Source: Verrucomicrobiota bacterium
GTDB lineage: Bacteria; Verrucomicrobiota; Verrucomicrobiia; Chthoniobacterales; UBA6821
Direction: 5' to 3'
NCBI GenBank assembly: GCA_008932965.1
Contig: WBXG01000047.1
Coordinates: 1-13,503, forward strand
DNA: 13,503 bases
Shown: piece by piece, positions 7,952 through 13,503 of the stretch
How positions within the stretch are numbered: position 1 is the stretch's first letter
Layout: each line of letters begins with the position of its first letter
Program-made: the position numbers and the translations under genes
Notes under the pieces: generated by a model
What the model saw: only the letters and a program-made list of their open reading frames with translations
Told to the model about the DNA's origin: nothing
Databases searched by the model: none

Positions 7952-9581
7952 TTAATTTAATGGTTATTTTGGTGCCACATACTTCATCTTTAGAATTAAT
8001 TACATCACAGTCGATTTTAAATTTATGCTCCTCGATTATCGCAATTGAGATGTTTAGGCCAAGCCCTGTGCCGGATTCACGTTGACCCTCTTTGCGGGCA
8101 TACGGTTTAGAGAGCGCTTTAAATTCTTCACGGCCCAAGCCTCTCCCATTATCTTCGATCAGCAAAGAATTGCCTTCTCGACTAATCTTAACTATCTTTG
8201 ACGCGCTATCGTTGTACTTTAAACCATTTCGAATTAGGTTATCGATTGAAGTACAAAAAAGAGGTTCATTAACCTGAGCTCTTCCCAAATCGCCGATTTG
8301 AACTTGGTCCCTATACGCGGTCGCGCTCAAGTAGTCCATCAGAATTTCTCGTAAATCACAATCCTGCAAATTCAGTACCGCATCTTTTTTAACGAGATTA
8401 GTGAATTCGTAGACTCCCTTGTAAACCTTTTGCGTATGGCGTAGGCCCTCCTTTATCATCTTAAACGGAGCTTCAAGCTTCAGTTCAGCCAGGTCCAAAC
8501 CTTGCATTCTACGGTCAAGCGAACTAATACCTCGTGGAATGTAGGTGTTAATACCGGAGTGCATATCGTGCCTGATTATTTTGGCAGCATGCTCTAAATA
8601 CGTGTTCTTCTTTTCAATTTCTTTCTGCTGATTGAACAGGTTTGTAATATCAGTCGCAATTTTCATGATACGATAGACTTTATTGTCTATATTGAGAATT
8701 GGATTGTATGTTGCGCGTAAGTGTACTAAAGAGCCGTCTTTGCGAACTCGAATAATTTCACCGGAAAAGAATGCACCTGACCTAAGTGTTTCCCAAAAAT
8801 CAGTGTACTCAGGTGATTTACTATAGGCATCCTCAACAAAGAGTCGATGATGTTTACCGACAATTTCAGATTCAGTAGAGTAGCCAAGTGTTTCCAAAAA
8901 TAACTTATTTGCAAAAATGACATTTCCATCAAGGTCAAATTCAATTACTGCATTTGACTGGTTTATAGCAGTCATTCTATTACGAATTTCAACCTCGTTT
9001 TTTCGGTTACCTGTAATGTCTTGGCGAATAGACATAAAACCTTCAAGCTTTCCGTCATGATCAAAGCGGCCTTTAATATGAGTGTCTACGTAATAGAGGC
9101 TTCCATCTTTAGCTCGATTAATGCAGATTTTATTCCAGATTTGCCTGTCTTTGATTACTGTTTTGTACATGTCAGCCCAAAACTCTTTTGGATGAGTTCC
9201 GGAATTTACAATATTGTGATCCTTTCCTAAAACCTCAGCCAACGAGTATCCTGAAACTTGCGAGAACTTCTCATTCACATAAGTTATCTTTCCTTTCGCG
9301 TCAGCTCTTGAGACGATTGCTGCGAGATCTATAAACTTATCCATCTCATCGATTTCAGATTCTCTAGAAAGTAAGGCCTCTTTAAACAGCTTATTGTGAT
9401 TGACTATATCCATTACGATTGTGTAAAAAAACGGAAGAATAAGAGAAATACAAGCGGCTTCGGTAAAGCGAGTCTCCCTGGTGGATTGAATAACTTCAAA
9501 TAGGACCAGTAACTTTATCACAAAAAGAAATATTGTGAATATACTGGATAGCGCGATTGCAAATTTTATACGTGGTCTCAT
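7941..9581 (-). CDS. Membrane-anchored tandem PAS/PAC sensor histidine kinase
   Basis: 546 aa. There are two N-terminal TM helices. PAS1 is about aa 85-190 (ITYVNEKFSQVSGYSLAEVLGKDHNIV...AKDGSLYYVDTHI...GFMSIRQDIT). PAS2 is about aa 205-313 (VIFANKLFLETLGYSTESEIVGKHHRLF...RKDGSLVHLRATYNPI...IMKIATDIT). H-box IIRHDMHSGINTY (His338, codon 8568-8570), N-box NLIRNGLKYND, G1 IEDNGRGLG and G2 GTGLGLNISI. Confidence 0.9.
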   Translation of the reverse strand: MRPRIKFAIALSSIFTIFLFVIKLLVLFEVIQSTRETRFTEAACISLILPFFYTIVMDIVNHNKLFKEALLSRESEIDEMDKFIDLAAIVSRADAKGKITYVNEKFSQVSGYSLAEVLGKDHNIVNSGTHPKEFWADMYKTVIKDRQIWNKICINRAKDGSLYYVDTHIKGRFDHDGKLEGFMSIRQDITGNRKNEVEIRNRMTAINQSNAVIEFDLDGNVIFANKLFLETLGYSTESEIVGKHHRLFVEDAYSKSPEYTDFWETLRSGAFFSGEIIRVRKDGSLVHLRATYNPILNIDNKVYRIMKIATDITNLFNQQKEIEKKNTYLEHAAKIIRHDMHSGINTYIPRGISSLDRRMQGLDLAELKLEAPFKMIKEGLRHTQKVYKGVYEFTNLVKKDAVLNLQDCDLREILMDYLSATAYRDQVQIGDLGRAQVNEPLFCTSIDNLIRNGLKYNDSASKIVKISREGNSLLIEDNGRGLGREEFKALSKPYARKEGQRESGTGLGLNISIAIIEEHKFKIDCDVINSKDEVCGTKITIKLNED

Positions 9582-9626
9582 ATAGTGCTATTTATTTGAT
9601 ACTTATTTAGTTAAGTTAAAAAAATC
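9582..9626 (-). promoter_or_regulatory. Probable promoter-bearing leader of the kinase operon (element not resolved)
   Basis: This is the only non-coding DNA between a terminator (9627-9653) and the first cassette gene. The minus strand reads TTAACTTAACTAAATAAGTATCAAATAAATAGCACTAT-ATG, which contains AATAAATA (9589-9596). That is one mismatch from the T4-late-type TATAAATA, and TTAACT could serve as a -35-like hexamer. No SD. Confidence 0.3.
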
Positions 9627-9653
9627 ATAAAAAAGCAGCTCGTAAAGCTGCGC
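9627..9653 (-). terminator. Rho-independent terminator after the lipoprotein gene
   Basis: Minus strand, directly after the TGA stop: GCAGCT-TTACG-AGCTGC (6-bp stem, 5-nt loop), followed by TTTTTT. Confidence 0.6.
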
Positions 9654-9905
9654 TCAGCGGCCGCACACGGTCTTAATGTTGGTCGTCAGCACGACGCCGT
9701 TGACTGTATCCTTTTCAATAATTAGCAGATTATTGAAGGCCTCGGCCTCTTCTTTGGTTGCATCAAATTTCGTAACTGCGGTAACTGGATAACCTGGGAA
9801 TGGTGCATCAGCCGTTCTAGCAACCTCACGTGTGCAAGTGTAGCATTGAGTATCGCAAGAAGATACTAGAATGGGGATCAATACGATAAAGAGGAGGTCT
9901 TTCAT
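9654..9905 (-). CDS. Small Cys-rich lipoprotein (83 aa precursor), unknown function
   Basis: I used the internal Met41 of the 123-aa track ORF. MKDLLFIVLIPILVSS|C is a textbook short signal peptide plus lipobox (V-S-S-C). The mature protein starts CDTQCYTC and ends ..KTVCGR, giving 4 Cys. The longer start at 10025 would sit inside the upstream terminator hairpin. Confidence 0.6.
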   Translation of the reverse strand: MKDLLFIVLIPILVSSCDTQCYTCTREVARTADAPFPGYPVTAVTKFDATKEEAEAFNNLLIIEKDTVNGVVLTTNIKTVCGR

Positions 9906-9910
9906 GTTTT

Positions 9911-9918
9911 TATTTATA
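9911..9918 (-). promoter_or_regulatory. Candidate T4-late-type promoter element TATAAATA upstream of the lipoprotein gene
   Basis: The minus strand reads TGTATAAATAAAAAC-ATG, an exact TATAAATA 5 nt before the start codon. It is the only exact copy I found in the window, so this is speculative and would imply a near-leaderless mRNA. Confidence 0.25.
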
Positions 9919-10010
9919 CAGCGATAAATACAGGCGAACTGTACTTTCTTACCTATGAAATTTTTCTTGAGCCTTTTGGCTATGATTGCCTCTACTTCAT
10001 TTTTTAGACA

Positions 10011-10040
10011 ATAAAAAAGGCCCAAATTTTGGGCCTTTTA
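10011..10040 (-). terminator. Strong rho-independent (bidirectional-shaped) terminator after the 464-aa gene
   Basis: The minus strand reads AAAAGGCCCAAAATTTGGGCCTTTTTTAT. It has a GC-rich stem GGCCCA/TGGGCC, extendable by A-T pairs, a short loop, a T6 tract downstream and an A tract upstream. It lies 27 nt after the stop at 10067. Confidence 0.8.
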
Positions 10041-10066
10041 GTTGAAATTACAATTAGGATTTACTT

Positions 10067-11461
10067 TTACCTCTTTAGGGATTCAATCTGGTCTCTAAGT
10101 TTAGCAGCTTTTACGTAGTCCTCATCATCAATTGCTTGATCGAGCTCGGCTTGTAGCTTTTCAAGCTCGTTCTTAGGCTTCGACTCGGCTCCTGGTTTAC
10201 TAATACCCAGCTGAGCATAAAGGTCGCCTGAGTCTTCGCCTTCTTCTGATTCATCTTCCTGGCCCATCTCCCAATCCTTCATGGCCTTTTCGTACTCGTC
10301 TAGCTCTTCCTGGATCATGCGAATGATCTTTTGAACCACTGCTTTTGCTTTCGCCATAGCAGCGGTGGCTTCAGGAGTCGCAGTCTCGCCCTCACGGAAC
10401 AGAGGAGATGCATCAAAAATATTCTTCATGAGTTCAAGGAACTGTGTATCAGGTAGAACGTTTGCATCGATCATCTTACCCCAAACGTATTCTCGCCCGT
10501 TTTCCATTTGCGAAACCTCAGGGAACTGATTGAGAAAATCGCGAAGATCTGCTGCAGTTATCTTGGCTCGCTTAAGGTCCTGAGCTTCATCTTCTGCTGT
10601 GTCAGCGTTCATGAAGACGGTCTGGATCGCGGTGTCGTCAAGATGAGCAAGACCTCCCTGATTAATTAATCCGTAAATTCCCTTAACTGCTTCGTGGAAG
10701 AGCATTGCTTGATCCATACCAAGAATAATGATACGCGGGTTGGACCCTTCAATTTCCTCTTCTGAACCTTCTTCATCTTGGCCTTCCTCTTCCTGATCAG
10801 ACTCTTTTTTTGGTTTCCATTCAATTCTTGAAACCCCACTAAGCGCATCGCCCTGCTCGATCATGCGCGCTGCGACCTCCTCTGGAATTCGCCAATCCCT
10901 AGCATTACAGATCTCGGTGATCTTAACCAGGTTTTCGACCATTCGCTGAGCGCGCTCATTACCGAATAGCGCGATGAGGCCGTTCACGTTCTCCTCGCTC
11001 ATGAGCATGAGCTTTGAATTAATTGCCTCACCTTGAGCTATCATATTTAGGATCTTACGCTTGTGAACGGCGGTTTTTGTGTCCTCGTTCTCAAGCTCCT
11101 TAATCTTTGGAATTTGAAGATCGTTCTCCTGCTCATGAGCTTTCATTTGAGTCTTCATTTCACGAGGCCCATTTGGAATACGAATGTCCAATTCAACATC
11201 GCCAAGGATCGAGCCGTACTGGTTCATGATGACACTACGGGTCAGATCAACTAGCTGCTTTTCCTTGCCTCGCTGAATTGACTGAACCTCATGCACTGCG
11301 CGCATTAAGGAACCCATATCACGACCAAATCTCTGTTCAACCGCTTGCGCGTTTGCCTCAGCCCGTTTGTTAAGACTTGCAAGGTACATCGGTGAAACTG
11401 CTGGATTCTGACGTATATCAGCCTCATTTAGAGCCTGTTGAAAGGTCTTGAAATTCTTCAT
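10067..11461 (-). CDS. Highly acidic hypothetical protein with a C-terminal UVR (UvrB/UvrC-type) motif
   Basis: 464 aa. Acidic tracts include ESDQEEEGQDEEGSEEEIEGS and MGQEDESEEGEDSGD. The C-terminal LEKLQAELDQAIDDEDYVKAAKLRDQIESLKR (nt 10070-10165) matches the UVR consensus (L..M..A....FE.AA.LRD.I..L). The ATGA overlaps the upstream gene. Confidence 0.7.
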   Translation of the reverse strand: MKNFKTFQQALNEADIRQNPAVSPMYLASLNKRAEANAQAVEQRFGRDMGSLMRAVHEVQSIQRGKEKQLVDLTRSVIMNQYGSILGDVELDIRIPNGPREMKTQMKAHEQENDLQIPKIKELENEDTKTAVHKRKILNMIAQGEAINSKLMLMSEENVNGLIALFGNERAQRMVENLVKITEICNARDWRIPEEVAARMIEQGDALSGVSRIEWKPKKESDQEEEGQDEEGSEEEIEGSNPRIIILGMDQAMLFHEAVKGIYGLINQGGLAHLDDTAIQTVFMNADTAEDEAQDLKRAKITAADLRDFLNQFPEVSQMENGREYVWGKMIDANVLPDTQFLELMKNIFDASPLFREGETATPEATAAMAKAKAVVQKIIRMIQEELDEYEKAMKDWEMGQEDESEEGEDSGDLYAQLGISKPGAESKPKNELEKLQAELDQAIDDEDYVKAAKLRDQIESLKR

Positions 11462-13143
11462 TTTGTTGATTTTTCTTTTTTGATGAGTTCTTCGTAGCGG
11501 GCAATAACATCCTCCGCCTCGGCCTTAGCTGGCTCAGGAGCCTTAAACGGCTGCTTGGTTGGAACCGGGCCTGGCCTCTTTGGCATTGGTCTGGTCGGTG
11601 CAATAGTAGGTGCTGTGCGGGGTTTCACAGCAGGCTCGGCCATCAAGAATTCGTCAATCATTTCTTGATCAATATACTCCATTACCGATTCAATGTCTCC
11701 GGAACTTAGACCAAGCTCCTTAAGTACGTCCTTTTCCTGAGCAAGCACGTTCTTCACTTGAGGAAAGACTAGGCTTGGATCGTCCTTTGCAATCTGATTA
11801 ACTGTCGCGAATATCTTAAGAGTCGCATCTACTATCTTGCGCATGCTCTCTTGATCGTTCTGGTCAATGAGCATCTTCACAAGCATCGCTGAGAACTTTG
11901 AAAGAACTCCTGCCTTGGTGTAGAGATCTACAACCTCCCCCTTTGATAAGTTATCTTTAATTCTGTTCTGAACGATATCTAGAACGATTGCTAGCGATTC
12001 AGGGTTAGTTTCTGGATCAACTGCGTAGCTCTGTTTGACAATATTGAAAAGAACCTCAATTGGCTTCTTCTTGTCGAGGTTAAGCTCGTAAATGACCTTC
12101 TTAACCATCATTTCGCGAGGCAGCTCACGAATGATTGTATTTACAACATCAGCTGGGTATCCCAATTCCGATAAGTGCTTGGCTGGATCGTCAGACTTCT
12201 TAATCATTGCATCGTCGATGTCATGAGAAGTCCGGACTTTGCCCGTGTAGTACACTGTCGTACCGGTAAGAAACATCGGATCGTTCGATGGAATGCCGAA
12301 GTTAAAAATATTAATTTGAACAGCATCATTCGCATAGGTCGCAAAAGATCCACGATTAATGCACCAGTTAGCAACCGAACACAGGTCCTTTTGTGCCTGT
12401 TCAGTACGAACGCTCATTACTAAATATTGGTCATCTGAATAGATGATGCCAGCCTCCGGCTCAAGTTTCTCAATATTGTCTATCTTCTTCTGGAGGTCAA
12501 GATTTGCGAAGCCCTTTAGGTATCTGGAAATGTAGTCTCCAACCTCAGAGATCGGCGAGTTGGCAAAGGCCATAATCTTTTTAAAGAAACGCTTTGTCGC
12601 ATCTTCTCCAAGTTCCTGCATCTTAAACGCGGCTGTGATGAATGGTTGCTTTTCTTCTGGGCTAAGGGACCGATACTGATCTCTAAGCCGTTGTGGCATC
12701 GCATCGATGAACCACTTGGCCTCCCTTGCGCGCTCGATCGTACGAATCGCATCTGTGAGCTGCTCGAAACCGGCTATTCCGTCCTTGGGCTCGCGATTCG
12801 AATAATCGTCGAGAACCTCTTGTGGAGAACGACCTAGCTGAGTAAGTAGTTGCTTTTTATCCTGCATGGTTTGCAAAAGGCCTTTCAGGTCCTCCGCACT
12901 AGCTTTGTGTTCAAAACCAAACTTGAGCAGAGCTGGCAAGTAGTTTGGATAGGTTGAGCCTATTGAAACGATCTCAGCGTACTTCGGATCGGCTAATATC
13001 TTTTCTCGATCCTCTGGACTAAGATCAGCTGTGCTCTGTCCATTCTTTTTTGCGGCGAGTTGGAACATATATTCCTTGGCGGCCTTGGTGCTCTCGCTAA
13101 GGATTTCCCTGTTCCAACCGCTAAATGATTCAATTATTCTCAT
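11458..13143 (-). CDS. Hypothetical protein (561 aa) with a Pro/Ala/Lys-rich low-complexity C-terminal tail
   Basis: Long uninterrupted ORF with a protein-like composition, and I recognise no domain in it. The tail is AEPAVKPRTAPTIAPTRPMPKRPGPVPTKQPFKAPEPAKAEAE. The stop overlaps the downstream start (ATGA at 11458-11461). Confidence 0.7.
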   Translation of the reverse strand: MRIIESFSGWNREILSESTKAAKEYMFQLAAKKNGQSTADLSPEDREKILADPKYAEIVSIGSTYPNYLPALLKFGFEHKASAEDLKGLLQTMQDKKQLLTQLGRSPQEVLDDYSNREPKDGIAGFEQLTDAIRTIERAREAKWFIDAMPQRLRDQYRSLSPEEKQPFITAAFKMQELGEDATKRFFKKIMAFANSPISEVGDYISRYLKGFANLDLQKKIDNIEKLEPEAGIIYSDDQYLVMSVRTEQAQKDLCSVANWCINRGSFATYANDAVQINIFNFGIPSNDPMFLTGTTVYYTGKVRTSHDIDDAMIKKSDDPAKHLSELGYPADVVNTIIRELPREMMVKKVIYELNLDKKKPIEVLFNIVKQSYAVDPETNPESLAIVLDIVQNRIKDNLSKGEVVDLYTKAGVLSKFSAMLVKMLIDQNDQESMRKIVDATLKIFATVNQIAKDDPSLVFPQVKNVLAQEKDVLKELGLSSGDIESVMEYIDQEMIDEFLMAEPAVKPRTAPTIAPTRPMPKRPGPVPTKQPFKAPEPAKAEAEDVIARYEELIKKEKSTK

Positions 13144-13160
13144 TACTTAGTTGTTTATTT

Positions 13161-13503
13161 TTAATTTCTTGATATTCGAGCGACTTCTCGTTCAATTTTG
13201 CTATCGTGCTCTTTATTTCCGGTCGTACGCTTGGTGTAGTACTTCCAAGCCTTTGGATTAGGCTTGCTCTTAACATCTTCGAAATCGATATTGTCAGCTG
13301 CCCAGAGCATTGCCTCATTGTAGAATTCTGAAGTAGACATTGGGCTTTTCCAAGGCCACTTCTTAATTCCAACATCCATTGAGCCTGGCTGGCCCCACCT
13401 AACTCCTAAATTAATGCCTTTTGGAGTCATACGTTTAATTGATTTAGTATCCGGAAAGAATCCGATGCCCCAACCGTCCGATCTACGATAGTTCGGATCA
13501 AGG
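13161..13503 (-). CDS. Partial CDS (N-terminus beyond the right edge), hypothetical protein
   Basis: The frame of track ORF 13161-13430 stays open upstream of its Met all the way to the window end. Manual translation gives LDPNYRRSDGWGIGFFPDTKSIKR-MTPKGINLGVRWGQPG.... This is most likely the C-terminus of a larger protein. I recognise no motif. Confidence 0.5.
   Translation of the reverse strand, partial: LDPNYRRSDGWGIGFFPDTKSIKRMTPKGINLGVRWGQPGSMDVGIKKWPWKSPMSTSEFYNEAMLWAADNIDFEDVKSKPNPKAWKYYTKRTTGNKEHDSKIEREVARISRN

Noticed and set aside
9654-9905. Reading the lipoprotein as an o-spanin, with the 245-aa signal-peptide coiled-coil protein (7214-7951) or the 226-aa protein as an i-spanin.
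   Set aside because: The window has no adjacent or embedded i-spanin, holin or endolysin. The lipoprotein is insulated by terminators. The 245-aa gene is locked between the kinases by overlaps, and the 226-aa protein has C-terminal rather than N-terminal TM anchors. This cannot be fully excluded without the rest of the genome.
9906-10025. The 40-codon N-terminal extension of the lipoprotein ORF (the 123-aa form in the track).
   Set aside because: The extended start codon falls inside the loop and stem of the 10011-10040 terminator hairpin. The extension (MGLFYCLKNEVEAIIAKRLKK...) would bury the otherwise perfect signal peptide and lipobox. The internal Met at 9905 gives a canonical lipoprotein precursor.
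1484-12752. Minus-strand nested short ORFs in alternative frames: 1484-1675, 3725-3988, 8726-8944, 10666-10848 and 12516-12752.
   Set aside because: They sit fully inside larger same-strand genes with recognisable domains, in a different frame. The translations look non-protein-like and nothing supports overprinting.
604-12837. All plus-strand track ORFs: 604-789, 1678-1923, 2725-3003, 4081-4320, 5043-5321, 5105-5311, 8092-8277, 9021-9230, 11063-11254, 12175-12423 and 12646-12837.
   Set aside because: Each lies antisense within, or almost entirely within, a long minus-strand gene that has strong domain evidence. They are short, of low-complexity or odd composition (for example Ser/Cys/Leu-rich), and have no motifs. 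They are typical shadow ORFs.
13130-13375. An 81-aa ORF overlapping both 13161-13430 and the start of the 561-aa gene.
   Set aside because: The competing frame (13161-13503) stays open to the window edge and looks more protein-like. This one overlaps the downstream start by 14 nt and has a Ser/Leu/Gln-rich shadow-like composition.
1-13503. A scan for tRNA or rRNA genes, CRISPR repeat-spacer arrays, IS elements or transposases, integrases and att-like long direct repeats.
   Set aside because: None is visible. Non-coding space is limited to a few gaps of 110 nt or less, plus the 4623-4882 gap. I saw no cloverleaf-like or regularly spaced repeat structure and no recombinase motif in any frame.

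Overview
Every gene I can support lies on the minus strand. The genes are tightly packed, with ATGA 4-nt overlaps, one 11-nt overlap and one 2-nt gap. The window carries a T4-type two-subunit type II DNA topoisomerase: a fused gp39/gp60-like ATPase+Toprim subunit at 2787-4622 and a gp52-like cleavage subunit at 993-2342. Together these point to a fragment of a large dsDNA phage genome rather than a bacterial chromosome. The leaders I checked are A/T-rich and lack a Shine-Dalgarno motif. With the AXA-type signal peptides and a lipobox, this weakly suggests a Bacteroidota-like host (inference). The stand-out region is 4883-9581, a translationally coupled cassette encoding a complete-looking two-component phosphorelay. 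It runs, in order, from a membrane-anchored tandem-PAS histidine kinase, to an exported protein, to a second paralogous kinase with an extracytoplasmic helical sensor. These are followed by a stand-alone CheY-like receiver with no output domain, then a tail-anchored coiled-coil membrane protein. I see no convincing intrinsic terminator between this cassette and the topoisomerase genes downstream. Upstream, two good intrinsic terminators (9627-9653 and 10011-10040) bracket a small Cys-rich lipoprotein gene that looks like an autonomous moron. The right third holds two translationally coupled large ORFans. One is very acidic with a clear C-terminal UVR (UvrB/UvrC-type) motif, and the other has a Pro-rich tail. 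A C-terminal gene fragment also runs off the window there. The left end has a class I SAM methyltransferase and a partial TraR/DksA-like C4 zinc-finger ORF that is not in the ORF track. I saw no tRNA, rRNA, CRISPR array or transposase.
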